Origin: Spirochaetia bacterium | GTDB taxonomy: Bacteria; Spirochaetota; Spirochaetia; WTKD01; G963693115 | Assembly: GCA_963693115.1 (NCBI GenBank) | Contig: OY843750.1 | Span: 374,951-438,950 of the forward strand | DNA: 64,000 nucleotides | Direction of reading: 5' to 3' | Translations under genes and position numbers: made by a program | Notes under the pieces: generated by a model | Database searches by the model: none | Told to the model about the DNA's origin: nothing | Seen by the model: only the letters and a program-made list of their open reading frames with translations | Part shown: positions 48,230 to 58,814 of the stretch, in pieces | Position numbering within the stretch: the stretch's first letter is position 1 | Layout: each line of letters starts with the position of its first letter

Positions 48230-49117
48230 CTAGCACCCCGAAGGAACGTTGATAAAACCACACTGCACCCCTGCAAAGTGCCTATTTAGATGTGCACCGA
48301 GCGCCAGCACTCCCCATACCTCCGAATAATAATGTCCAATAAAGGCAATATCCATTCCATGTTCCTGCGCTATAAGCCATGCAACGTGACTTGCATCACC
48401 CGTGATACACAAGCCATAGCCCTGTGTGCTCACATTCGGCACTGCAAAGCCACCACCACCACTCACGATAGCTGTTTTTACGCCCGCTCCATCCCCAGCG
48501 CCTACAGCATCACTAGCATCAGGTGTATACCGTGCATGTGAACAATAATATTTTTCAATTCCTTCAACTGTATAAACACTCTCTTTGCCTGCAATACAGG
48601 GTATCTCATAGCGCTCCCAAGGACATTCGCAATGCAGATGTTTTTGCAAAGCTTCAAGAGATCCCTTATAATAGCCTCCCACACCGATTTCAACTCCATG
48701 ATGTCCTGCACAGGCATGTATATCATCAAGCCCGATAATGCCTGCAAGTTGTGCATTATTACCAATCTCAAGGTGTGCATCTAAAGGCAAGTGAATCGCA
48801 CACAAAGCACATTCGTTTTGCACGAGTGTCGCTATTTTTTTATACATACCATCCACAAGCGAGACCGCTTTACCCCAAAATAAGCCATGATGTACTAGAA
48901 GGATATCGGCATCCCATGCACAGGCAGCATCTATGACTTCTTGCGTACTATCAACCGCTAGTGCAATCTTATCAATACGCTTAGCCCTGCGTTGAGGAGC
49001 AAGTACTTGAAACCCTGATAGGGCATCATCAACGCCAAACCGTTCGTAATCAAGAAATTGTGCAAGATAGCTATCAAGGTGTGCATACGTAAGTGACTGC
49101 AGATTAGATGGTTTCAT
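48230..49117 (-). CDS. Nif3-like dinuclear metal-centre protein (YbgI family)
   Basis: NGLQV-like SGFQV, LAVD, LVHHGLFW, IHLPLDAH, GHYYSE. Confidence 0.92.
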   Translation of the reverse strand: MKPSNLQSLTYAHLDSYLAQFLDYERFGVDDALSGFQVLAPQRRAKRIDKIALAVDSTQEVIDAACAWDADILLVHHGLFWGKAVSLVDGMYKKIATLVQNECALCAIHLPLDAHLEIGNNAQLAGIIGLDDIHACAGHHGVEIGVGGYYKGSLEALQKHLHCECPWERYEIPCIAGKESVYTVEGIEKYYCSHARYTPDASDAVGAGDGAGVKTAIVSGGGGFAVPNVSTQGYGLCITGDASHVAWLIAQEHGMDIAFIGHYYSEVWGVLALGAHLNRHFAGVQCGFINVPSGC

Positions 49118-49447
49118 TTTTTTTGTCCCTGTGATTGTAGTAATGGTACTGGTGGTATTGGAAATTTTGAGAGCTTTGAAACATTTGCTACAATCAACAA
49201 ATTTTTTCTGTACCCTCTACTTCTTTATGTCTACTCAATACTTAAAGTAAGCATATGTCAATATTATAATAAAAATAAGTAAGCTATAATAAACGTGTAT
49301 GCGACCCATGCAAAAAATCCATAAAAAACCCATGCAAGAATAGACTATGACTACGGTAAAAAAGAATAAAACACTGCAGAACTATACTGCTATTCAAACT
49401 GCTATCACTCAAAATAGTGTCGTTTCGCGCACAATACTGAATCATCA

Positions 49448-51349
49448 GTGAACCCCGAACCAAACGTATCCCTTTCCCAAATAGTTCAGCATTTTCCTCT
49501 CAAACCTGGGGTTTATCTCATGAAAAACGATACAGATACCATACTCTACATAGGCAAAGCAAAAGAACTAAAAAAACGAGTAAGCTCATACCTCAATCCA
49601 AAAAATACGCTTAAGGTCTCGATGCTCATGCGTCAGGTGGTAGACATAGACCATATAGTAACCAGTAGCGAATACGAGGCGCTTCTATTAGAAAATTCTC
49701 TCATAAAAAAACACAAACCACACTATAACATACTGCTTAAAGACGATAAAACGTTTCCCATGATAAAGATAACACAAGAAGAGTATCCCCGCGTATTAAA
49801 AACACGAAAAGTCTTAGACGATAAGGCACAATACTACGGACCCTACCTCGACACAGGACTGTTATACCACACACTCTCTCTTATAGATACCCTCTACCCT
49901 TTGCGCAAATGTACTAAAATGCGCCCCCGTACACAGCCTTGCCTTTACTATCACATCAACCGATGCGCTGCAGTATGTGCAAACAAAACGAGCAAAGAAG
50001 AATATCTTAAACGAATCAAATCAATCAAAACACTCTTACAAGGAAAAACCAAAGAAATACGTAGCTATCTCACTACAAAAATGCACGAACATTCACAAAA
50101 GTTAGAATTTGAACGCGCTAAGCGCTATCGAGACGCTCTTTCATCAATAGAACAAATGGAAGAAAAACAGGTTGTAGTCGATCATAAGCAAAAAGCACGA
50201 GACTATGTAGCACTCGCCGAAGAAGGAAATACAGGCTGTGTCGTTCTCGTACACATACGAGAAGGAAAGGTAGTTGACCATCTCTTCTCACATCTCACCG
50301 TATTTGACAGCCCAAAAGATAGCCTAGAACAGTTTCTCATCTCTCACTATACCTCTCAAACGCTATTACCAGATAAACTCTATCTCCCGTGGCCATGTAG
50401 CGACTCGTTTAAAGAATTTATTGCGCGTACTACGCGTACAGCACATATACAGATCTGCATTCCAGACAATAGATCAGAATTTAGTATCATGCGCTTTGCA
50501 CTAGAAAATGCGTTTCAACGTATGCGATACAGGATAAAGCAAGAAGGAAAGCCAGAACAGGTTATAGCCCTCGGTAAGATCCTCGGTAAGGCCCTCAACC
50601 TCAAAAGCACACCTGCACGAATAGAAGGCTACGATATTGCAACTATCGACGGAAAACACACGGTCGCTGCACAGGTATGTTTTGTCAACGGTATCCCAGA
50701 AAAAAAATACTATCGTCGCTATAAAATTCGCTCCCTTACCAATAAAAAAGCAGACGATTTTGCAGCCCTCCAAGAAAGTATTGCCCGCCGATTTACCCGA
50801 TTGATTAATACCACTGCCCAAAAAAAACACCAAAAAAACAACCAGAAAAAGAGTAGCACAAACTATACCACTACTGCTACTGGTACCACACCACACAGCA
50901 TCGACGTATTTCCTGACCTCATACTCATTGACGGAGGAAAAGGACAGGTCAATAGCGTACATGAAATAATAACCGCACTCGGGCTTCATATCCCGATCCT
51001 TGGGCTCGCAAAGAAGAAAGAAGAAATATTTCTTCCCCATACGCACGCACCCATAGTACTCCCACTCCATCATCCTGCAAGTCGCCTTCTGCAAGCCGTC
51101 CGCAACGAAGCCCACAGATTTGCAACGAGTTACAGGGCGGGTCTTCAGAGCAAGGAACTTTCATTGTCGCTCTATAAAAGTGTAAAAGGCATAGGAGAAC
51201 GCAGAGCGCAACTTCTTGCACGCCTCTTTGAGGGTCCGCAGGATCTCGTTGATGCACCCCCCGATATCATTGCAAAAGGCATAGGCATAGACGAACAACA
51301 CGCAGTTGAGCTAATCGCTACCGTGCGTGCTTCGATTGCAACACCGTAG
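49448..51349 (+). CDS. uvrC: Excinuclease ABC subunit C
   Basis: PGVYLM..ILYIGKAKELKKRV GIY-YIG, RIEGYDIA, PDLILIDGGKGQ, RNEAHRFA, GIG HhH. Confidence 0.97.
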   Translation: MNPEPNVSLSQIVQHFPLKPGVYLMKNDTDTILYIGKAKELKKRVSSYLNPKNTLKVSMLMRQVVDIDHIVTSSEYEALLLENSLIKKHKPHYNILLKDDKTFPMIKITQEEYPRVLKTRKVLDDKAQYYGPYLDTGLLYHTLSLIDTLYPLRKCTKMRPRTQPCLYYHINRCAAVCANKTSKEEYLKRIKSIKTLLQGKTKEIRSYLTTKMHEHSQKLEFERAKRYRDALSSIEQMEEKQVVVDHKQKARDYVALAEEGNTGCVVLVHIREGKVVDHLFSHLTVFDSPKDSLEQFLISHYTSQTLLPDKLYLPWPCSDSFKEFIARTTRTAHIQICIPDNRSEFSIMRFALENAFQRMRYRIKQEGKPEQVIALGKILGKALNLKSTPARIEGYDIATIDGKHTVAAQVCFVNGIPEKKYYRRYKIRSLTNKKADDFAALQESIARRFTRLINTTAQKKHQKNNQKKSSTNYTTTATGTTPHSIDVFPDLILIDGGKGQVNSVHEIITALGLHIPILGLAKKKEEIFLPHTHAPIVLPLHHPASRLLQAVRNEAHRFATSYRAGLQSKELSLSLYKSVKGIGERRAQLLARLFEGPQDLVDAPPDIIAKGIGIDEQHAVELIATVRASIATP

Positions 51350-51419
51350 TATATCTAATATAACACCTATTACACAATAATTCTTAATAAAAACCAAAAG
51401 ACACCCGATTTATACTAGT

Positions 51420-52727
51420 ATGAGCATAGTGAGCGACATTATCAGTAACACTGGAGTAATGTCAAAAAAGAAACCACTCTCAATACTCCAATCATTTGTA
51501 AAAGAACACTACGTTAACGCCGACCATCAGATGCGCAACACGGTAGGAGAATACTCCCCCGAACAAATTTTGCGTGATTATCGTAAGCTCCTTGTATATC
51601 TAAAAGGGCTCACCGCACGCAAAGGCCTTGCACTTACGTTTAATTATTCCTATCTCAAACTCCAAAATATTCGTACCTATACCAAAACTCTTGCCGACCT
51701 TATATCGACAATCAACGACAGCACTGGCACCACTACACTCCGCAACACCCTTAGTTCCATAGCTCGTGGTCTCGAAGGTATAAAGGATGCTCTCGGACCC
51801 TTTGTAGAAGCAAAAATTCCTGACGCACCCGAAGCACTGCTAGAAAAACTTGAGGGATACCAGCAACAGCTACAAGACATAGAAGAAACACGCAACGAAA
51901 TAAATAAAATGGCAAGTGATATCAAAGCTCAGTTTTCACTTTCAGAAAAAACCCTCGAACAATCTAAAGAGGCACAAAAAACTCTAAAGCAGTATTCTGC
52001 TCAAGCAAGCCTACAGAACAAGGCCATCAACGAAATATACGAAAAACTCCAAAACTACGCCCGCACCGCACAACGAAACGAAAAAACAGCGGTAGAACGC
52101 TTTGAAGCCCTAGAACAACGAAATCAAGAAGTAGAACGCCTCACCGACGTATTTGATGATTTACACAAAAAAACTCGTGCACGTCACGAAGAACTTCTTC
52201 TTACTCTTGATAATATTAAAAATTCCCAAGATCAGATACGAAAACTCGAAAATCAGAGTCGCCACCTCCTTACAAGCACACAAGGACGTACTCTTGTCCA
52301 CACATATGAAGACCTCTATCGACAAGAAAAAAGACTCATCAAAAAAATTCCATGGATACTCGCTATCAGTCTTGGATTTGTACTTACAAGCATCTGTAGC
52401 TATGTCACCTACAGCGTCTTAAGCCGAATAGGAACGGGTGCCGAACTCTTACCACTTATAAAAGAGAGCCCCTTGCTCACATTCATACTCACCGGAATCG
52501 CTAGTATTGTCGTATTTCTGTTTGGATTACATCGTCTACGTAAACAAAGTCTCAAAACAGCATTTTATCGTGCCCGCGTTACATCGCTAGACTCGTACCT
52601 CAAAATTGCTGACACTATACCTTCTGATAGCCCCGAGTACTTGGCTGCCTCAAAACACATACTCGGTTGTATAGAAGAAGATTTCAGCATTCTTTCGCCA
52701 TACGCAGAAGCTACCGAAATACTATAA
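51420..52727 (+). CDS. Hypothetical coiled-coil protein with two C-terminal TM helices
   Basis: Long heptad-rich region, then two hydrophobic segments; no family recognised. Confidence 0.7.
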   Translation: MSIVSDIISNTGVMSKKKPLSILQSFVKEHYVNADHQMRNTVGEYSPEQILRDYRKLLVYLKGLTARKGLALTFNYSYLKLQNIRTYTKTLADLISTINDSTGTTTLRNTLSSIARGLEGIKDALGPFVEAKIPDAPEALLEKLEGYQQQLQDIEETRNEINKMASDIKAQFSLSEKTLEQSKEAQKTLKQYSAQASLQNKAINEIYEKLQNYARTAQRNEKTAVERFEALEQRNQEVERLTDVFDDLHKKTRARHEELLLTLDNIKNSQDQIRKLENQSRHLLTSTQGRTLVHTYEDLYRQEKRLIKKIPWILAISLGFVLTSICSYVTYSVLSRIGTGAELLPLIKESPLLTFILTGIASIVVFLFGLHRLRKQSLKTAFYRARVTSLDSYLKIADTIPSDSPEYLAASKHILGCIEEDFSILSPYAEATEIL

Positions 52728-52745
52728 CATAATCACTCGTTTGTT

Positions 52746-52800
52746 CTGTCGCATCTAAACTGTCGCATCTAAACTGTTGTAGCTAAACTGCCGTATCTAA
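52746..52800. repeat. About four tandem 14-bp units (CTGTCGCATCTAAA) upstream of aspS
   Basis: Directly visible; later units are degenerate. Confidence 0.8.
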
Positions 52801-52852
52801 GCAGGCCATCCAAAGAAAATACAACACAGGGCTCAGCCATTATAATGAGCCT

Positions 52853-54778
52853 ATGGACACTCCTTTCCGAACACATACATGCGGTCAAATTGACTCAACA
52901 CTCCTCAACAAAGAACTACAACTTGCAGGATGGATACACCGTATTCGTAACCATGGTGGCGTGTGTTTTATACAGCTACGAGATCGCTACTCGAGCGTAC
53001 AACTTGTCATTGATGACTCAAGCCCACCCACTGCAAGACACCTTATTAATCAACTTCACCCCGAATACTGCATCTCCATCAAAGGCATTCTACGTCGTCG
53101 TCCCGATTCAATGATCAACTCCGAACTACGCAATGGAATGTTTGAATTTCATGTACACGATCTCCGCGTGCTCTCCCCCGCTCCCACACTCCCGATTACC
53201 ATCGAGCCAAACCATGCCCAAGCCTCCGAGGACATTCGACTCCATCACCGCTATCTCGACCTACGAAGTGGGGATATGCAACAGGCACTTCTTGTACGCC
53301 ATCTCGTGTCACAAGCAATACGTCACTATCTAAACGCTCGCCACTTTGTAGAAATAGAAACCCCCACCCTTATACGTTCAACACCAGAAGGAGCACGCGA
53401 CTTTCTTGTTCCATCTCGCCTTCAACAAGGCATGTTTTATGCCCTTCCGCAAAGCCCCCAACTATACAAGCAAATACTCATGGTATCCGGCATGGACAGA
53501 TATTTTCAACTCGCACATTGCTATCGAGACGAGGATGCGCGTGGTGATCGACAACCCGAACACACTCAGCTCGATATAGAAATGAGTTTTGTGACTCAAG
53601 ATGAAATTTTTTCTTTAGTGGAAGGCATGATAGCTGAAATTTTTGAACAGCTCAATACCGATGAACACATACGTTATAATTCCTTTGATAAACATCTCCC
53701 ACAATTTTCTCTTGCCCAGCCAACATTTCGACGCATGAGCTATGACTATGCTATGCGTACCTATGGTACCGATAAGCCCGATCTACGCATTCCCTATCTA
53801 ATACAGGACTTTAGTCATCACGCAGTAGCATCGGGTATACCTTTTTTTGCAGATATTGCTACTGATACTACAAAAATGATTGCGTGTATACGTATTCCGA
53901 ACGGAGCTGATCTGAGTCGTAAGCATATCGACGCATTGGCACATCATGCACAAGAACAAGGTGCAGAAACGTTTGCATGGACAAAAATTAAACGCGGTGT
54001 CTTTGAGGGAGGAATTGCATCAAAACTGCAACTCACACCATCGGCTATTGGACAAGAATATAGCTTAGAAGACGAAGACTTAATGCTCTTTGTAAAAGGA
54101 GTACGACATGATTATGGAGTACATAAAATATGTGGCGCTATTCGGACTACTGCATACCACCTTGTTAACAGCAAACATGACAGAACTCATCAAACAACAA
54201 ATCCCAAACAACTATTTGAATTTGTATGGATTACAGATTTTCCTTTGTTTGAAAAAACAACCGATACTTTTTCATCAAATATGAACAAAGCTGATACTCC
54301 CTACGCCCAAGCATGGACTCCCGCACACCATATGTTTACTCAGCCACAAGAACAGCATCTTGAATTTTTAATGCAACACGAACATCCCGTTCCCGATTAT
54401 GACTACTCACAATTACGAGGAATGCTTTATGATCTTGTATGCAATGGAGTAGAACTCGCTTCAGGATCTATTCGTATACATAGCACCGAGCTACAAAGAA
54501 AAGTATTTGACATAGTCGGTGTTACTCACGAAGAACAAGAATCGCGTTTTGGGTTTTTGCTGAGAGCACTTACCTATGGAGCACCCCCACATGGAGGAAT
54601 TGCCCCAGGTATAGACCGGTTTATTGCTCTTTTGCTCAACAAAGATAGTATACGCGACGTCATTGCCTTTCCTAAAAATAGTATTGGTGCATCTCCGCTA
54701 GACGAATCACCTGGTGCCGTTACGCAATCACAACTCGACGAATTAGGCATCACAATAACTAACACAAGCAAGTCATAA
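52853..54778 (+). CDS. aspS: Aspartate--tRNA ligase
   Basis: RTHTCG, RNHGG, TPEGARDF, ALPQSPQLYKQ, YRDEDARGDRQPEHTQLD, GAPPHGGIAPGIDR. Confidence 0.98.
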   Translation: MDTPFRTHTCGQIDSTLLNKELQLAGWIHRIRNHGGVCFIQLRDRYSSVQLVIDDSSPPTARHLINQLHPEYCISIKGILRRRPDSMINSELRNGMFEFHVHDLRVLSPAPTLPITIEPNHAQASEDIRLHHRYLDLRSGDMQQALLVRHLVSQAIRHYLNARHFVEIETPTLIRSTPEGARDFLVPSRLQQGMFYALPQSPQLYKQILMVSGMDRYFQLAHCYRDEDARGDRQPEHTQLDIEMSFVTQDEIFSLVEGMIAEIFEQLNTDEHIRYNSFDKHLPQFSLAQPTFRRMSYDYAMRTYGTDKPDLRIPYLIQDFSHHAVASGIPFFADIATDTTKMIACIRIPNGADLSRKHIDALAHHAQEQGAETFAWTKIKRGVFEGGIASKLQLTPSAIGQEYSLEDEDLMLFVKGVRHDYGVHKICGAIRTTAYHLVNSKHDRTHQTTNPKQLFEFVWITDFPLFEKTTDTFSSNMNKADTPYAQAWTPAHHMFTQPQEQHLEFLMQHEHPVPDYDYSQLRGMLYDLVCNGVELASGSIRIHSTELQRKVFDIVGVTHEEQESRFGFLLRALTYGAPPHGGIAPGIDRFIALLLNKDSIRDVIAFPKNSIGASPLDESPGAVTQSQLDELGITITNTSKS

Positions 54779-55050
54779 GACTAGGGGCCTAAACAAGTTT
54801 AGAATGGCAAATCAAAAATGAATAATGGATCTTGATAAAAGCTAACGATAAAAAAATACCCGACAAAGTAGATCGTATGTTAAAAGTAGGTCATACGTTA
54901 ATAGAGACAAAATTAAGAATGGCTACATGAGCAAGGTGTAGCTATATTGTAAGCGCCTTTACGCCACGTCCTACGCTCTATCAAAGGACTATACACACAT
55001 ACAAATCAACGAACGTTCGGCGCAAGCAAAGAGGAAACCCCTCTCACCCT

Positions 55051-55356
55051 CTAGCTATTTTTTAAACCAAATTCTGCAAAAAGCCTTTCTGCCACCTTGT
55101 CAAGCACATCTTCAGAAGGGCGCGTGAGGGACTCAAGGTTTGCTTTTGCATTTGCAACTACATCGGCCCGTACATCGGGCGTTTTATTAACGATAGCAAG
55201 TGCTTTTTTAAATGCAATTTTGTTTTGACTTTCTTGAGTAAGTGCAAACGCATCTTTTTTCTGATCGCCGGCATTTATGGGAGAAGCCTTTGAAGTTTTT
55301 TGCCCTCTCGTCATATGTTGAGAAGGGTGTGCGGGGCTTATTTTGTCTATGCTCAT
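55051..55356 (-). CDS. flgM: Anti-sigma28 factor FlgM
   Basis: MSIDKI..., 'KDAFAL', 'TPDVRADVVANAK' FlgM C-terminal motif. Confidence 0.8.
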   Translation of the reverse strand: MSIDKISPAHPSQHMTRGQKTSKASPINAGDQKKDAFALTQESQNKIAFKKALAIVNKTPDVRADVVANAKANLESLTRPSEDVLDKVAERLFAEFGLKNS

Positions 55357-55376
55357 ACTAACCTTGTACCTTTTGT

Positions 55377-55404
55377 TTATCGACTAATCGATATTATTAA
55401 TTTA
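55377..55404 (-). promoter_or_regulatory. sigma28-type promoter TAAA-N16-GTCGATAA upstream of flgM
   Basis: Near-consensus to TAAA-N15/16-GCCGATAA, 20 nt before the ATG. Confidence 0.55.
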
Positions 55405-55405
55405 C

Positions 55406-56110
55406 TTATATTTTATCATAATCATGATAATATACAAGAAGCGAATATTCACCTCGTTTTTCCCGATTTTCCAAATGTGTACTCCACCATTCCTGCATTT
55501 CTCCAACTCGCATCCGCACTGATCGCTCGTACAACTTGGTAATCTCAGAACTAAGCAAGATAATCCTCTCTTTATCTATATCGGCAATTTCTCGTAATAA
55601 CCTCTCGATTCTGTAGGGAGATTCAAATAACACTATATTTACGTTCCACGTCATAAGTGTTTTCAGTCGAGAAGATCTTCCTTTTTTATGCGGTAAAAAT
55701 CCTTCAAACCAGTATCCATGATTACGAGATGTCTGCCCCAATGTACCAGCAATTGAAAGAACTGCCGAAAGCGCACTTGGTCCGGGAACTACGCGTATCT
55801 CAGTATTATTTTTCCAGGCTGATTCGACCAATATTGCCCCAGGATCACTGATACCCGGAGTACCCGCATCGCTCACAAAGGCAATATCAATACCCTGTAA
55901 GAGTTTTGGAAGCAAGACACGTGTAGTAACTCTATGCTCATTATAACTATGACAACTTATACAAGGAGTATCAATCTCATAATGAACAAGCAACTTACGT
56001 GTCTGACGTGTGTCTTCGCAGGCTATAAGAGAGACTGATTTGAGTATACCTAAGGCATAGGTACTTATATTACTGAGATTGCCAATGGGAGTTGCAATGA
56101 CATAGAGCAT
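55406..56110 (-). CDS. rsmI: 16S rRNA (cytidine1402-2'-O)-methyltransferase
   Basis: LYVIATPIGNL, IACEDTR, VSDAGTPGISDPG, FESPYRI, EITKLYE. Confidence 0.96.
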   Translation of the reverse strand: MLYVIATPIGNLSNISTYALGILKSVSLIACEDTRQTRKLLVHYEIDTPCISCHSYNEHRVTTRVLLPKLLQGIDIAFVSDAGTPGISDPGAILVESAWKNNTEIRVVPGPSALSAVLSIAGTLGQTSRNHGYWFEGFLPHKKGRSSRLKTLMTWNVNIVLFESPYRIERLLREIADIDKERIILLSSEITKLYERSVRMRVGEMQEWWSTHLENREKRGEYSLLVYYHDYDKI

Positions 56111-56263
56111 AGGCTACATTGACTCCTACACTGGTCCTATGCTGGTCCTAGTCTTAGGAGACACAATCTCGAGAATCTCATTCTAAGAGATCTCTTCTTT
56201 AGGTCGGCTTTCAGAGCCTCACTTCTATAATCACTCACGGGTATACAGCGTTTCTCCACGAGT

Positions 56264-56836
56264 TTAGTGAGGCTTTGCATGCATTTTAGCATTGGCATAC
56301 GAAGCATGAATTCCTTCAGTTAATTGACAAAGCATACATCTAAACTGATTATGATGGCAATCTTCGTGTTGGTGTGCATTGGTGCGCGAATGCGTGCGGA
56401 GAAATATTTCCATATGACTAAGCACATCCTTAGTAAGTAATTTTTTCATATCTTGAGCAACTTTATCAGCCTGATACGTATCAAGTCCCAAGACAAAATG
56501 AAGAAATTCATACGACCGTCTATGACGATAAAGCAAGTACTTACTATACGATATACCTTTCTCCGTAAGAACAACACTCTTGTATTTTGCATATTGTATG
56601 TATCCATGCTCCGAGAGATGCCTGAGCGCACGTGTCACAGATGAGGGTTTTACATGAAGATAGTAGGCTATCTCGCTTGATTTGGCATGGCTACGATGTT
56701 CGCATATGTAGTAGATTGCTTCTATATAGTCTTCAAGGCTTGCACTAAGGGAGACCGTCGGATCAAAGCCGTGGTGAGAATCATAGTGAGAATACATCTT
56801 AGATATACTTGAATGATCATCTGTAGGGGAAAGCAT
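56264..56836 (-). CDS. DtxR/MntR family transcriptional regulator (atypical metal site)
   Basis: SLEDYIEAIY, HVKPSSVT.AL..L, LTEKG, HR..EFL; alternative start 56797. Confidence 0.88.
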   Translation of the reverse strand: MLSPTDDHSSISKMYSHYDSHHGFDPTVSLSASLEDYIEAIYYICEHRSHAKSSEIAYYLHVKPSSVTRALRHLSEHGYIQYAKYKSVVLTEKGISYSKYLLYRHRRSYEFLHFVLGLDTYQADKVAQDMKKLLTKDVLSHMEIFLRTHSRTNAHQHEDCHHNQFRCMLCQLTEGIHASYANAKMHAKPH

Positions 56837-56844
56837 ATAACGAC

Positions 56845-57678
56845 TCAGAATACCACCGTTCTATTTTTGTACACGATGACTCGTTCATCACATACGGCAT
56901 CTATTGCTTTGCTGAGAGTAACCGTCTCGATATTACGCCCTACTTCGCGCATCTGTTGCCATGAATGTCGTTGATCAACCCTCGTTACTTCTTGCGTGAT
57001 AATGGGGCCTTCGTCCAAGTCCTCTGTAACAAAATGGGCTGTCGCTCCAATTATCTTAACCCCTCTATCATAGGCTTGCTTGTAAGGATTTGCCCCTATG
57101 AAGGCTGGTAAAAATGAATGGTGTATATTGATTGCCTTCTCTTTGTATTTATTCACAAAAAAGGGAGTAAGAATACGCATATACCGGGCAAGTATAAGGT
57201 AATCAGGAGTGAATGCTTCAATTTTTTCTAACAAACGTTGCTCGTGTTTCTCACGCGCTTCTCCTTCTATCACAGGAATATAATAAAACGGAATACCAAA
57301 GCGATCAGTAAGGTCTTGTAGATCATTTCTGTTTGAAAACACCGCACACACTGTATAGTTGTGTGTATTGACATAGTTGTTGATGAGGAGTTCGCTTAGA
57401 CAATGATGATCCTTTGTAACCAAAAGCACCAATTTTTTTTTCTCCAAGGTCGACAGGGTAACACTTAATTCAGGATCGTCTATGGTCGAGCGTATATAGC
57501 GCTCAAGTTCGGCATTATCTTTGTCACCGGTGAATACAGCATGGACAAAAAAATGATTATAAAAACTATCAACATGCTGTTGAAGCGAATAAATATTATA
57601 TCCCGCTACAAATATTGCCTTTGATATGACACTATCTAATCCGGGCATATCTTTACACGATACTCGTAATACGTGCAT
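56845..57678 (-). CDS. purU: Formyltetrahydrofolate deformylase
   Basis: LVTKDHHCL, ILARYMRIL, INIHHSFLPAFIGANPY, GVKIIGATAH, LDEGPII. Confidence 0.97.
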   Translation of the reverse strand: MHVLRVSCKDMPGLDSVISKAIFVAGYNIYSLQQHVDSFYNHFFVHAVFTGDKDNAELERYIRSTIDDPELSVTLSTLEKKKLVLLVTKDHHCLSELLINNYVNTHNYTVCAVFSNRNDLQDLTDRFGIPFYYIPVIEGEAREKHEQRLLEKIEAFTPDYLILARYMRILTPFFVNKYKEKAINIHHSFLPAFIGANPYKQAYDRGVKIIGATAHFVTEDLDEGPIITQEVTRVDQRHSWQQMREVGRNIETVTLSKAIDAVCDERVIVYKNRTVVF

Positions 57679-58814
57679 CAGTCCTCCTTTGTTGCAAACA
57701 CTGAATACTGGTGATCAACTTGGTAGAGATAATCATATATTATATCTTCAAGTTGCTTAAACTCAATCAAAAACGCATCATGACCGTATATCGAAGTAAT
57801 TTCACGGTATTGAACATGGCGAATGTCTTTGAGGCACCCTTTTAATTCTTGTGGAGTGTACAGTAAATCAGAATCGATTCCAATAAGAAGAATGTCAGTG
57901 TTGATGGTTCTGAGGGCATGAGTGAGCGAGGCAAACCCTTTGCCAATATCATGTGAATCAAGCATATAGAGCAAATAGTAGTAATTGAGCGCCTTGAATC
58001 GTTGTACAAACTTTTTTCCTTGGTAATCTATATAAGAATGAATAGAACTGTTAATTGTTGCGTTTTTATTACGTATCTTAAATCCCCGCTCGTCCGCCCA
58101 TGCATGTGTATTAGTAATAAGCGACTCACGAGAATCTAATTTAGAGAAAATTAACGGAGATCTATAACTCAAAAAGGCAATTTCACGCGCAAGTTTAAGC
58201 CCCTGTTCTCCCGAGCCTTCTTTTTCTGCCTCAAAAAACGTTGCGTCATTCATGAGCGCCTCTCTTTGAGCATAATTTGAAGCTATCATCCACTGCGAGG
58301 TTTTTGGGTTTGCAGCTATGATTATGGCATGACGACAGGTGTCGGGGTAACTCACTAGCCACTGAAACACATGCTGTCCACCCATAGAACCACCTACCAT
58401 GAGGTGTATACTTGAGATTCGCAACTTTATCATCAGATGCCTGTATATATGTACTATATCTCGCGGGCTTAAAAAAGGAAAATTAAAAAAATACGGACGT
58501 TGTTCACCTCTCGTGCTATCCTTAAAGGCGTCATCGGGCATGGTATTATATGGCGAAAAAGAGCCATAGGGCGATCCCGGAACATTAACACTTATTAAAA
58601 ATTGTTTTTTTGGATTAAACACTTTGTTTGTTCCTATGAGTGGTCCCATCCAGTTTTGCGGGTTTGAATCCCCCGAAAAAGCGTGAAAAAACCACACTAC
58701 GTTAGTACGCTCTTTGTTTAATTTACCAAAACAATGGTAGACAAGTGGCACATGTGGTATATGCTCTCCTTTCTCCGTTACAAAATTTTTTATGCTGTCT
58801 TCAAAATACGCGAT
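57678..58814 (-). CDS. metX: Homoserine O-acetyltransferase
   Basis: HAFSGDS, GGSMGG nucleophile, DSDLLY, YGHDAFLIE. Homologous N-terminus extends 21 codons above GTG 58751 to an ATC preceded by AGGAGG. Confidence 0.93.
   Translation of the reverse strand: MAYFEDSIKNFVTEKGEHIPHVPLVYHCFGKLNKERTNVVWFFHAFSGDSNPQNWMGPLIGTNKVFNPKKQFLISVNVPGSPYGSFSPYNTMPDDAFKDSTRGEQRPYFFNFPFLSPRDIVHIYRHLMIKLRISSIHLMVGGSMGGQHVFQWLVSYPDTCRHAIIIAANPKTSQWMIASNYAQREALMNDATFFEAEKEGSGEQGLKLAREIAFLSYRSPLIFSKLDSRESLITNTHAWADERGFKIRNKNATINSSIHSYIDYQGKKFVQRFKALNYYYLLYMLDSHDIGKGFASLTHALRTINTDILLIGIDSDLLYTPQELKGCLKDIRHVQYREITSIYGHDAFLIEFKQLEDIIYDYLYQVDHQYSVFATKED

Noticed and set aside
50501-51257. 204-aa and 102-aa ORFs antisense to uvrC
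   Set aside because: Shadow ORFs over a confident gene.
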